From the NCBI GenBank assembly GCA_027489415.1, contig JAIXZU010000127.1, positions 1 through 37,817 of the forward strand: a stretch of DNA of 37,817 bases, given 5' to 3'. Each line of letters begins with the position of its first letter. Within the stretch, counting starts at the first letter, position 1. The notes under the pieces are model-generated. The model was not told where the DNA came from and did not search any database. It saw only the letters and a list, made by a program, of their open reading frames with translations. Made by a program: the position numbers and the translations under genes. Source of the stretch: Alphaproteobacteria bacterium. GTDB taxonomy: Bacteria; Pseudomonadota; Alphaproteobacteria; UBA2136; UBA6156. Below, one piece after another: positions 23,941-32,954 of the stretch.

Positions 23941-25137
23941 CTACGGCTTGCGCCCAATCAGCCCATCTAAGTAATCCGCCCACTCCTGCATCATCTTGGT
24001 GCGCTCGGCGATAAAGGCCGCGCGGTCATAGGCGCGGTCAACTTTATTGGATGGGTAGTGCGCCAGCTGCCGGTCTGGCACTTCGTGGCGATAGCCCAGC
24101 TCCTGTTTGATGGTGCTCAGCGCGAGAGCCCTAAAGCCGTGGCCAGTGGCCTTGCCCTTATAGCCCATGCGTTTCAGCGCCATTAAAATTGTGCCATTGC
24201 TCATGCCTTTATTGGCACGGGTGGCCGACGGCAGCACAAAACCACTCTCGGTGCGGAACATCTCAAGCGACCTAAGCACCGCCACAGCCTGCCGCGACAA
24301 GGGCACAATGTGCTCGCGCCGCATCTTCATGCGCTCGGCGGGGATTGTCCACAGCGCCCGCTCAAGGTCAATCTCCGACCAGCGTGCATTAATCAGCTCG
24401 CTTGTGCGCACAAATGTCAGCAGCAGCAGTTTCAGCGCATGACGGGTGAGGGGATAGAGCCGCGCCTCATTGCGCTCGAGCTTGGCCAAAAACTCGGGCA
24501 GATGCTCCAGCTGCAGCGCGGTGAAGTGGCCGCGCACCACAGGCGCCAGCGCGCCGCGCAGATCATTGACTGGGCTTGCGGTGATGCGACCGGTCGCCAC
24601 GGCATAGCGCAACACCTGGGCGATTATCTGGCCAAGCCGATGCGCCAGCTCATTCGCGCCACGCTTTTCCACGCGCCGCAGCGCCTGCAGTAAAATCACG
24701 GCCGTCAGCTGCGCTACGGGTATAGCACCAATAAAGGGGAAAGCATCGCGCTCGAGCCGGTTAAGCAATGTGCTGGCATGGCCCTCAGACCAACGCTTAA
24801 TGTTTTTCTCGTGCCACTCACGGGCTACAGCGGCGAAGGTATCGTTGCTTTGCGCGGCAAGCTGCAGCTTGCGCTTTTGCTTCTCCACGCCGGGGTCGAT
24901 GCCATCGGCAATCTGGCGCCGCGCCTCAAGCGTTTTGGCGCGGGCATCGGCCAGACCTAGCACCGGATAAACGCCAAGCGCCAGCAGCCTTGGCCGGCCA
25001 GCAAAGCGATATTTCATGCGCCAATAGCGCGAGCCATTCGGTCGAATTTCAAGGTATAGACCATGGCCATCATAGAGGCGCAGCGGCTTATCGGTTGCTT
25101 TGGTTTTTTTAATTTGCGTGTCGGTAATTTGTGGCAT
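23941..25137 (-). CDS. int: Tyrosine integrase, P4/CP4-57 type with N-terminal arm-binding (DUF4102-like) domain
   Basis: 398 aa counted from the ATG at 25137. Motifs LYDGHGLYLEIRPNGSRYWRMKYRFAGR, and C-terminal HGFR...LAH...Y. Confidence 0.9.
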   Translation of the reverse strand: MPQITDTQIKKTKATDKPLRLYDGHGLYLEIRPNGSRYWRMKYRFAGRPRLLALGVYPVLGLADARAKTLEARRQIADGIDPGVEKQKRKLQLAAQSNDTFAAVAREWHEKNIKRWSEGHASTLLNRLERDAFPFIGAIPVAQLTAVILLQALRRVEKRGANELAHRLGQIIAQVLRYAVATGRITASPVNDLRGALAPVVRGHFTALQLEHLPEFLAKLERNEARLYPLTRHALKLLLLTFVRTSELINARWSEIDLERALWTIPAERMKMRREHIVPLSRQAVAVLRSLEMFRTESGFVLPSATRANKGMSNGTILMALKRMGYKGKATGHGFRALALSTIKQELGYRHEVPDRQLAHYPSNKVDRAYDRAAFIAERTKMMQEWADYLDGLIGRKP

Positions 25138-25216
25138 GTTGGGATACATCACTCGGCGGCTAAGGGATGGTATCCCATCTTGTATCCTAAAATCGCTGCC
25201 CTTACTAGCCCCACCT

Positions 25217-25308
25217 TGCACCACCCTGCACCACTGGCCCGTGCAAATACTCAATCTTTACAGCGCTTCCGCGCCCGCCTTGCACCACCTTGCACCACAC
25301 TGCACCAC
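25217..25308. repeat. Five TGCACCAC direct repeats in two 10-bp-phased clusters (candidate integrase arm sites)
   Basis: Copies start at 25217, 25227, 25281, 25291 and 25301. Confidence 0.6.
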
Positions 25309-25313
25309 TAAAC

Positions 25314-25330
25314 TGGCGGAGAGGGGGGGA
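25314..25330 (-). other. Candidate attP core resembling the 3' end of a tRNA-Ser (minus-strand reading CCCCC-CCTCTCC-G-CCA)
   Basis: The reverse complement of TGGCGGAGAGGGGGGGA resembles the T-stem, acceptor, discriminator G and CCA of Ser tRNAs as I recall them. The tRNA-like identity stops at the T-loop. Confidence 0.45.
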
Positions 25331-25662
25331 GACGAATTGCAATATTAAACCACTGATTTATAACGGGACGAAATCTTGAAATATAAAAAAGTATTCCAAA
25401 AAATATCCCCAAAAATTTGTAATAAACTAATACACATCTGCTGATTGCATTATAGCGCAAGATGGTGCGGGCGGAAACCCCCCCTCTGATTTTTGGCCTC
25501 AGTGCAAACGGAACCCCCAGACGGTCAGCCCCCCATTATCTGTAGCTTTTTGCACCCCCCTCCCTAGCTACCAGCACTGTGCCACAGGCAGCAGCGGGCG
25601 AGCATAAGCCCAGCCCGCCGCACCCTGACCGGCCACCACCCCCGACGGAGCGGCCGCCAAGC

Positions 25663-26463
25663 TCAATTGCTGATAATCACCTCCGATGCTTGCTTGTCCT
25701 TATCCGAGCCACATATCGTATAGCGCAGCGCCACGCGCTCGATTTTCAGCCCCTTAAAAATCTGCCGAACCTCTGGCGTATCGTTGAGCGATAAGATGCA
25801 CCGCCCCTTAATGCCACGCAGCTTGTCAGCCATCACCTCGAAGTCAGCGCGCTCAAACAGTCCGCGACCGTAGTAATGCTCCACGCCGTAATAGGGTGGG
25901 TCGAGATAGAACAGCGTGCCCGCCCGGTCATAGCGGTCGATAAACTCGCGCCAGTCGAGGCACTCAATAATCACACCATGCAGACGCTCGGCCACGGCCT
26001 CAAGCAGCGGCTCAAGGCGCGACACATTAAACCGAGCGCCGCCGCTATATTTCACCCCGAAGTTGCGGCCATCAACCTTGCCACCAAAGGCCACGCGCTG
26101 CAGATACAGAAACCGTGCGGCGCGCTCAAGGTCGGTGAGGGTGCTGGGATCGCTGGCCATCAGCCGGTCAAACTCAGCACGAGAGGTCAGCTGATAGCGC
26201 AGCATGTCCATAAGCGCGCCATAGTGACGCTGCAGCATCCTAAACAACGTGGCCACATCGCGTGACTTATCGTTCATCACCTCGCCTGATGGCGCATGGT
26301 CGCGGCGCAGAAACACGCCACCCATGCCCACAAACGGCTCGGCATACAGCACATGCGGCACAGCATTAATGCGTTTCACCAGCTCATCGGCCAGCAGCCG
26401 CTTACCACCTACATAGGGCGCCACCGGCAATACCGGCCGCACTTTCGTCAATACATTATTCAT
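25663..26463 (-). CDS. dam: DNA N6-adenine methyltransferase, D12 (Dam) class
   Basis: 266 aa. Motifs PYVGGKRLLA, EPFVGMGGVF and FYLDPPYY. Confidence 0.9.
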   Translation of the reverse strand: MNNVLTKVRPVLPVAPYVGGKRLLADELVKRINAVPHVLYAEPFVGMGGVFLRRDHAPSGEVMNDKSRDVATLFRMLQRHYGALMDMLRYQLTSRAEFDRLMASDPSTLTDLERAARFLYLQRVAFGGKVDGRNFGVKYSGGARFNVSRLEPLLEAVAERLHGVIIECLDWREFIDRYDRAGTLFYLDPPYYGVEHYYGRGLFERADFEVMADKLRGIKGRCILSLNDTPEVRQIFKGLKIERVALRYTICGSDKDKQASEVIISN

Positions 26464-26665
26464 AATCGCTCGCTTATTCTAAGCCCGCCCTTGCAGGGTG
26501 ACGGGTCGGCCAATCACGGCCAAGTTGGTCGAGCAGTGTCATCGCTGCGGCTTACGGTGTTCGCGCACCGTATCCCCCGTCTTGGCCGAGCGCAGGCGCC
26601 ACCGCTTTGCGGTCACGCTAGTCGGCCAATGGCAGGAAATCTTCACAACATCACATCACATCATT

Positions 26666-26863
26666 TCAGTCACAAACTGCGCGCCACGCTTCGTTATTTT
26701 CCAACAGCGCACGCCTTGACGCGGGCGACAGCGCCAATAACTCCGGCGCGGTCAGGCGCATGGGCGACCACGCCAAGCAGCAGGCTTTGGCATTATTCGT
26801 GCCGCTGCCAGTCGCGGCGCAGCCGCTCAAGCACAGCAGCATCAGGCACAGCATTAAGCGCAT
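26666..26863 (-). CDS. o-spanin (Rz1-like lipoprotein), overlapped architecture
   Basis: 65 aa counted from the ATG at 26863. Signal peptide plus lipobox (MRLMLCLMLLCLSGC). It starts inside the preceding gene in another frame. Confidence 0.6.
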   Translation of the reverse strand: MRLMLCLMLLCLSGCAATGSGTNNAKACCLAWSPMRLTAPELLALSPASRRALLENNEAWRAVCD

Positions 26864-27038
26864 CGCGCACCTCTTTATATTCGTCAGCAATTTGCACCTG
26901 CTCAGCCATGGCATCGCGCTCTTGCTCAAGCATGGCACCACGCCTGCCAGCCAGCCACGCTAGCAATGGCGGCGCCAGCTTATCCAGCAGGCGCGCCAGT
27001 GCCTCTAGTAACGCGGCCACGGCCTCGCCGCGCATCAT
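26793..27038 (-). CDS. i-spanin-like (Rz-like) protein
   Basis: 81-aa helical protein containing the o-spanin start. The N-terminal TM segment is not convincing. Confidence 0.45.
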   Translation of the reverse strand: MMRGEAVAALLEALARLLDKLAPPLLAWLAGRRGAMLEQERDAMAEQVQIADEYKEVRDALNAVPDAAVLERLRRDWQRHE

Positions 27039-27259
27039 TTGCCGATGCGCTTGGTAGCAATCACGCGACCATAAATCGTCACCGCGCCGCCAACAGCCAC
27101 ACCTAGTGCCAAAAGGGCCTGCGTCGTCGGCTCTTGCAGCGATGGGTCGATGGCATAGCCAAAAAAACCAACCATGCTAAAGACCACATTCACCACCGCG
27201 CCCCAAATGGTCTTGCTCTCCCACCATGCCTTAACCGGCTCTGCATTATCGTTGCTCAT
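27035..27259 (-). CDS. Holin-like two-TM protein
   Basis: 74 aa counted from the ATG at 27259, which follows a GGAGA. Two hydrophobic helices and a basic C-terminus. Confidence 0.55.
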   Translation of the reverse strand: MSNDNAEPVKAWWESKTIWGAVVNVVFSMVGFFGYAIDPSLQEPTTQALLALGVAVGGAVTIYGRVIATKRIGK

Positions 27260-27755
27260 TTTTGTCTCCATTGTTGAAGTTTGCGGCGGCAAAATGCTGC
27301 CGCAGCCAATCGGGCAAAATGCCCTTGGTTGCGTGGCGACGGTCAAATAAACGACGCGCGCCGAAATCCAAATGCACAAAGCTGTCATAAAGCCCTATGC
27401 CCAAAAACCCCGCTGCACATGCGGCGCGCACCAAGCGCCAGCGCGGCACCGTGCGCAGCGAAATATCAGCGGCCAAGCCCTGCACATGCCACGAATTGGG
27501 CGCGCCTCCCACGGCCGCGTTGTGCGCGGGGCTGCGATAGGCGCTGTTAATCACCAGGGTTGTGGCCACATCGGCGCGAAGCCGCTGCAAACCATCCAGC
27601 AAACGCGGGCTAATTTTTAATGCACCAGTGCCTTTGCAAGCCATCTCTTCGGGCAAAAAGTTCGGCCAGCGTGCCAGCCACACGCTGCGCGCCGCAGCAC
27701 CCATCAGCGCCACATTGTCATGCTCAATAAGCCGCTCTTTTGGTTTGTCGCTCAT
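27246..27755 (-). CDS. Endolysin, peptidase M15 family (D-Ala-D-Ala carboxypeptidase-like)
   Basis: 169 aa. Motif SAYRSPAHNAAVGGAPNSWHVQGLAADI...VHLD. Confidence 0.8.
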   Translation of the reverse strand: MSDKPKERLIEHDNVALMGAAARSVWLARWPNFLPEEMACKGTGALKISPRLLDGLQRLRADVATTLVINSAYRSPAHNAAVGGAPNSWHVQGLAADISLRTVPRWRLVRAACAAGFLGIGLYDSFVHLDFGARRLFDRRHATKGILPDWLRQHFAAANFNNGDKNEQR

Positions 27756-28060
27756 CGGCGGCTCCCGCGCTGTGCGTCTTTAATTTCGCGCAGCATCTCG
27801 ACCGTGCGGTCGCTGTTTTCTTCAAGGCGCGCGGTGCGCTCCAAAAGCTGCGCCATCACATCGGCAATTTTGCTTTGGCTGGCCTTCACCTCGGCAATTT
27901 GCTCGTTTTGGTAATTGTCGAGCGCGTCCTTGCCGCTGGCCCACCACACCGCCACAGCGGCCTGCGCCAACAGGCCCAGCAGCAAAGCAATCGGCACGCG
28001 CTTATCTAAATGCCAGCCATCATTGCTGGCGCGGTGGGGGCCGTTATTCTCGTGGCTCAT
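27752..28060 (-). CDS. Single-TM coiled-coil membrane protein (lysis-associated?)
   Basis: The ATG at 28060 lies 6 nt after a GAGGAGG. TM helix PIALLLGLLAQAAVAVWW followed by a coiled coil. Confidence 0.5.
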   Translation of the reverse strand: MSHENNGPHRASNDGWHLDKRVPIALLLGLLAQAAVAVWWASGKDALDNYQNEQIAEVKASQSKIADVMAQLLERTARLEENSDRTVEMLREIKDAQRGSRR

Positions 28061-28421
28061 GCGCAACCTCCTCTAAAGTCACAGTAACAATCGGCACGGC
28101 CTGCATGTCGCGCACAAATTGCGCAATCTCGTGCCTGAAAAAAGTAATGCGCAACGCCGCAATGGCCGATTGCACCAACTCATTTTCGGCTTCTTCCACC
28201 AGCAGCGCGGGCGCATTGGCGGCGATAGCGTCATCAAGTTTTTTTACCAGCGGCTGCAGCTGCAAAAGGCGCGACACATTGATGCCGCCCTCGGGCGCAG
28301 CACACAGCGCCATACGCAGATTATCGCCATAATTAAAGGTGACCGGTTGGCCCTGCTCATCGGTTTGCACTTGGCCGTTGGGCAGGGTGATGGGTAGTTT
28401 TTTAAGCTCAATTTTACGCAT
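28044..28421 (-). CDS. Hypothetical protein
   Basis: 125-aa ORF in the operon after the tail fibre gene. Confidence 0.5.
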   Translation of the reverse strand: MRKIELKKLPITLPNGQVQTDEQGQPVTFNYGDNLRMALCAAPEGGINVSRLLQLQPLVKKLDDAIAANAPALLVEEAENELVQSAIAALRITFFRHEIAQFVRDMQAVPIVTVTLEEVAHEPRE

Positions 28422-28433
28422 GGGTATTTGCTC

Positions 28434-28715
28434 CTAACAGTCGGTGGCGGTGGCCCATTCGGGCTGGTTTTTGATGGTGGCGTAAGCGGCCAGATAACTC
28501 AGCGGCTCATCGATGGCGGGCGAAAAAATCACCGCATCCAGCGCCTCGGCCTCGGACGCGGCGGCATGCTCAGAGCTGATAAAGCCCTCAAGCCGAATAT
28601 GCGCGCGACCCTTTTTGCCTTCGGTGCCACCGGCCACGCGGTGAAACTCAATGCCCGCAATGCGCCAATAATTAAGTGCCAAGCCGCGCACCGTGCGGTT
28701 AATTTGTAATGCCAT
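28434..28715 (-). CDS. Hypothetical protein
   Basis: 93-aa ORF with an AGGAGGG upstream. Confidence 0.5.
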   Translation of the reverse strand: MALQINRTVRGLALNYWRIAGIEFHRVAGGTEGKKGRAHIRLEGFISSEHAAASEAEALDAVIFSPAIDEPLSYLAAYATIKNQPEWATATDC

Positions 28716-28727
28716 TTTACCCTCCTG

Positions 28728-30503
28728 TTAGTAACTGATTAAAACTGAGATGCGGTCGGTGTCGTCGTTGCTTGGGTCAGTGGCGCTGCCTGAAAACCCG
28801 CTGTAAGTGTTGACCGATATTGTGGTGCTGCTGGTGCCGGTGGCTTGGGCATAATTGATTGAGCTGCGCGAGACAGAAACAATCGGCTTATCTGTTGGCA
28901 TGGTGCTTGTGGTAATTTCATATTGGCCAGCAGCAAGGCGCGTCACGCCAGTCACAATGCCCCAGCTGGTGAAGGTGGTTGTGCCTGTGCCATTGCGCCT
29001 AAACACAATGCCACCGCGCGTGCCGGCACTAAGTGTCAGCCAGTCGGTGCCGTTGTGGCCCTCGTAACTCGAATTGCTCGAATTAAAACGCAGCTCGCCC
29101 GCAACCGGTGATGATGGCCGCTGTGCGGTGGTGCCGCTCGGCACACGAATGCCGCCAGTGCCACCCGCCACAAGGCTGCGGCCAGCCACAGGCGCGGTGC
29201 CAATGCCCACGCCATCGGCATTGGCGCGCAGCGCATCAACGCCGCCCACCACAAGGCCCAAATCATTGGCGCCCACGCGGCGCAGGCCGGTGTCGGGGTC
29301 AGCATCCCACGCCAGCGCAGGGGTCGATGTGCTGCCGTCACCAAACAGCCGGATAAGCCCGCCGGCATCGATGCCCAAAGCTTGGCTAACGCCCACACCA
29401 TTGCGCAGAAAAAACATAAACCGGCCCTGCACGCTGTTGGTGCTGGCATCGTTTATCGCGCGCACCTGAATGCTGCCCGTCTCAAGAAAATTCGTGCCGT
29501 CATCCAAAAAGCCGGTGAGCGTAAAAGCAATATCGCCTGCCAGTGTCGCACCACGCGTGCCCACAGCGGTGCCGCGGCTTTTGCCCATACCAATAGCGGG
29601 GCCGTGCAGCGTGTTGGCCCAGCGAGTCATGTAAGCGGTAGCGCCGTATAAATTGGTGCCCGCAATGTTAAAAATGCACTCGGTGCCCGCGCCATAAAGC
29701 GCTTGTGCCGCGGTGTGGTTTAACAAAAAGCGGCCGGCGCCATCAACGCGGCCGCGCTCGGTGTTGGCCGTGTAAAACCGCATCACATGGTTGGTCTCGG
29801 TGCCGATGTTGAGGTCGGCCCAGGTGGCATTAAGCCCCACATCATTGGGCTGATAGGGCCCATAGCTGGCCGCGCCATTGGCCCATTTATGCAGCGATAT
29901 AACACCACCAAGGCCAGCGCCGCGGCCATCGGTGGTATTCCAAATTGTGAGCGGCACACCCTGCACCGTGCCGCCCGCAATGCCAATATCAACACGCCGA
30001 GTGCCAGCGCCAGCGGTGCTAGCGCCCGTGCCAATTCCCAGCACTTGGGCATTCATGCGCACGAGCTCAGCGCCACCAATGGCAAAGCCCAGCGTATTTG
30101 CCGCCGGCCAAAAAATGCCGGTGTCGGGGTCGGTGGCGCGGGCGATGCTGGGCAATGCCGCTGTGCCATCATGCTGCGCCAAAAGGCGCTGGTTTTGGTC
30201 ATAAAAGGCCGCGCGCTCGGCCGGCAAATCGCAAAAAATGTTTTTCGTGCCTGCGCCCCAATTCACCGCCGCACCGCCATTGCTGCTGGCCAAAATCTGT
30301 GTGCGCACCAAAGTGTCGGGGCTGCCAGCCGTAATGGTGCCGCGCCCCACCTCCCAATCCACGCCATTGGTGGCGGTGTAATAGCATTGCAGCCCACCGC
30401 CAATGCCCCCTACAAAGGTGCGGCGGCCAGAGGTGGCACCCAGCAGAGTATAAAAGCCAGTTCCGGTGGTGCTTGTGGTTTCCCAAACGCGGTTGCCAAT
30501 CAT
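28728..30503 (-). CDS. Tail fibre protein
   Basis: 591 aa, Gly-rich. Repeated fibre motifs (DPDTGIFWPAANTLGFAIGGAELVRM; DPDTGLRRVGANDLGLVVGGVDALRA). Confidence 0.75.
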   Translation of the reverse strand: MIGNRVWETTSTTGTGFYTLLGATSGRRTFVGGIGGGLQCYYTATNGVDWEVGRGTITAGSPDTLVRTQILASSNGGAAVNWGAGTKNIFCDLPAERAAFYDQNQRLLAQHDGTAALPSIARATDPDTGIFWPAANTLGFAIGGAELVRMNAQVLGIGTGASTAGAGTRRVDIGIAGGTVQGVPLTIWNTTDGRGAGLGGVISLHKWANGAASYGPYQPNDVGLNATWADLNIGTETNHVMRFYTANTERGRVDGAGRFLLNHTAAQALYGAGTECIFNIAGTNLYGATAYMTRWANTLHGPAIGMGKSRGTAVGTRGATLAGDIAFTLTGFLDDGTNFLETGSIQVRAINDASTNSVQGRFMFFLRNGVGVSQALGIDAGGLIRLFGDGSTSTPALAWDADPDTGLRRVGANDLGLVVGGVDALRANADGVGIGTAPVAGRSLVAGGTGGIRVPSGTTAQRPSSPVAGELRFNSSNSSYEGHNGTDWLTLSAGTRGGIVFRRNGTGTTTFTSWGIVTGVTRLAAGQYEITTSTMPTDKPIVSVSRSSINYAQATGTSSTTISVNTYSGFSGSATDPSNDDTDRISVLISY

Positions 30504-31282
30504 TATTTATCCTCCAACAAGCTAAGGCTGGCGGCATAAACGCCGTATCCTGTTTCGCGGCGGGCCGAGAGTGTGCGCAAACGGCCAAGCACTGCGCTGC
30601 GGTTTAGCTCGGCCGCGCTCACATCGGCATCAGGCAGCGCCAAAAGCTGCCCACGCGTGCCACACACGCGCTGCAATTCGCGCAGCTCGCTGCGGTCGCT
30701 ATCATTCATCGCTTCAAAATTAAGGTTCAGCGTGCGCTTTTGCACACCCAAATCAACAAAGGCCGCGCCACTGCGGGCGCCATAGCTGATGCGGCTATCA
30801 TCTTCAAACGCTTCTTCAGCGCCCAGCGCATAATTAAATTGCGGTTGCCAGATATTGCCCGCAAAAATTCGGCCAATATCGATATAATTCAGCGCGGTCA
30901 AGCTCGGTGCGTCAAAATCCATGCGCCACCAGCGTGCATTCACACTGGCGCTCAGCACGCGCAGGCTCTGGCCATAGCCGGTTTGCACATTGCTGGCCAC
31001 GGCCGTGGTATCCAGCAATTCGCCACCCGTGGCCGACACGGCCGACAGCCGATGCCGAATAGTATCAGCGCTTGCCATACCCACGCCAAACACACCCAGC
31101 ACGCGCACCGGGCGGGCACTGCCAAAATCCACCGTGATTTGCCCCGTAGTGCCGCTAATGCGCGTCACCATGGCTAAGGCGGTGTTTTGTAGGTTGGTCA
31201 GCGGCAATGTGGCCACAATGGTGGCGCCGCTCAGCGTCGCGCTATCCACCAAATTGTTATAGCCCAGCATGACATTAGCCAT
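30503..31282 (-). CDS. Tail tip/baseplate-associated hypothetical protein
   Basis: The ATG at 31282 lies 6 nt after an AAGGAG. Sits between the tail tip protein and the fibre gene. Confidence 0.5.
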   Translation of the reverse strand: MANVMLGYNNLVDSATLSGATIVATLPLTNLQNTALAMVTRISGTTGQITVDFGSARPVRVLGVFGVGMASADTIRHRLSAVSATGGELLDTTAVASNVQTGYGQSLRVLSASVNARWWRMDFDAPSLTALNYIDIGRIFAGNIWQPQFNYALGAEEAFEDDSRISYGARSGAAFVDLGVQKRTLNLNFEAMNDSDRSELRELQRVCGTRGQLLALPDADVSAAELNRSAVLGRLRTLSARRETGYGVYAASLSLLEDK

Positions 31283-31334
31283 CAATTTCTCCTTCAGCGC
31301 CGAACTCGAAGAGTTTAAAAACCAAGACCCCGCG

Positions 31335-32954
31335 CTAGCCCCACCAAATTGTCAGCACCACCTCATTGCGGGCAGCATCGATGCGCCGCCCCACAACGCG
31401 GCCGGCCTTGCTGGCGCTAATGCCATAGCGCGGCCAATCAAGCGTCACCACCCAGCCAAGCTGCACGGCAAAGCCCAAGCCTTTCAGCCGCACCGCCAGC
31501 AATTCGCGCTTCACCTTAAACAGGTTCAGCAGCCTTGTTGCTTCAGCGCTGGCATCGCCCTCAGCATTAAACAGGGTCGCCACCGGCGGCACATCGCGGG
31601 CGGTTAAAAACTGCGTCAAAACTGTGTTATCGCTGGCCACGGCCAAGCGTTCAGCCTCGGCCAAAAATTGCCGCCGCGTCGGCGTCACGCTGCCCGCCAA
31701 ATCTTCACCCCGCTGCACCGTCCAATTGCGCTGCCACACGCATTGCCAGCGCCATGCGGGCACTTGCAGGTTCTCAGGTGGTGCAAGGCGCTCAAGGCTT
31801 AAAATATCGGCGCTGCGTAAATGCAGCACCGCGCTGGCTACATCTGGCGCACGCAAAATATCGGCCTGCAACAGCCCAAGCGGGCTGAATTGCCAAAAGC
31901 CATTGATGCCCGCACACACCGCATCAAGCGCACTCGCGGCACTGATAATCTCGGTGCCAAAGGCCACGCCAATTTCGGCGGGCTGCTGCACGGCCAAAGT
32001 ATTCAGGCGCGGCGCATCCACACTGCCCAGCGCAAGGCCACAAAAATCTAGGGCCAAGCGCAGCACAATGCCGCCGCCGGTGTTGACATAGCCACCCACA
32101 TTGTCGCCCCGCGCATCGGCGGTAATAAGGCCGGCAGGGTCGCTGCCCAATCTAAAATAACCCTCAGCCAAGCAGGTGGCATAAGTGCCGCCCGCCACCG
32201 TGGCCGCCGCAAGGGCTGCGTAATTAGCAAAGTCACTGCCAGCAGTCAGCGCCACGCCACGGTCATACACGGCATCGATGGCCTGCATAGCGCGGGCATG
32301 CAGCTGATAAATCCGCGCCGTGGGCTCAATCAGCGTAGCGCTCACATTCAGCACCCGCCCAAAAATCAATGGGCGCGGCTTGCCAGCCAGTTGCGCTGTG
32401 CCATTGGCGCCGCCAGCGCCGCTAAAGCGCGTCACGGTCAGCGGTGTTTCTAGTTTATAGGCATCGTCGCGCACCACCAATTGCGCGGTGGCATCATCAG
32501 CGCGCCATGCCACGGCCGTGCCACGATAAAGCAAGCCAAAGGCGTTATAAGCCCATGGCAGTTGCCCGCGCCGCACTTCCACCACGCGGCCATCCACCGC
32601 GCCAGCACTAACCATGCTGTCACAAGCGCCGTCGCTATTATCAAACTCGATCGTGCCAAGGCTCAGCTGCCCGCGCCGTTCAAGCGCAGGCCACAAAGGC
32701 AGGCGCTGGTCTAATTCTAAAGGGCGCAAAGCGCGGCCGCTAAAGGTCTCGTTTGGCAAAGCGTCAGCAGGGGTGGTGATATAATGCCAATCGCCATAGC
32801 GCGCTAAAATTTCGCTGCTGTCATAGTATCTAAATTCCACCAAATGCACCGGCTGTGCCACGGGGTTGGTCAGGCTGGCAAAATAATCGGCCGCATATTC
32901 TTCGCCCTCGCGGGTGCAGAGCGCCCGCTCGGCTATGGCATATTCACCCAGCAT
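31335..32954 (-). CDS. Distal tail / tail tip protein (position-based)
   Basis: 539 aa. Its start overlaps the tape measure stop (TGATG). Confidence 0.55.
   Translation of the reverse strand: MLGEYAIAERALCTREGEEYAADYFASLTNPVAQPVHLVEFRYYDSSEILARYGDWHYITTPADALPNETFSGRALRPLELDQRLPLWPALERRGQLSLGTIEFDNSDGACDSMVSAGAVDGRVVEVRRGQLPWAYNAFGLLYRGTAVAWRADDATAQLVVRDDAYKLETPLTVTRFSGAGGANGTAQLAGKPRPLIFGRVLNVSATLIEPTARIYQLHARAMQAIDAVYDRGVALTAGSDFANYAALAAATVAGGTYATCLAEGYFRLGSDPAGLITADARGDNVGGYVNTGGGIVLRLALDFCGLALGSVDAPRLNTLAVQQPAEIGVAFGTEIISAASALDAVCAGINGFWQFSPLGLLQADILRAPDVASAVLHLRSADILSLERLAPPENLQVPAWRWQCVWQRNWTVQRGEDLAGSVTPTRRQFLAEAERLAVASDNTVLTQFLTARDVPPVATLFNAEGDASAEATRLLNLFKVKRELLAVRLKGLGFAVQLGWVVTLDWPRYGISASKAGRVVGRRIDAARNEVVLTIWWG

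Noticed and set aside
25579-25794. 71-aa Pro-rich plus-strand ORF in the att/dam region
   Set aside because: It overlaps the 3' end of the dam gene in antisense and the C-run-rich att region. There is no RBS and the composition is not protein-like.
26640-26665. (CATCA)x3 pentanucleotide repeat downstream of the o-spanin gene
   Set aside because: It is very short, intergenic and has no associated feature, so it is probably incidental.
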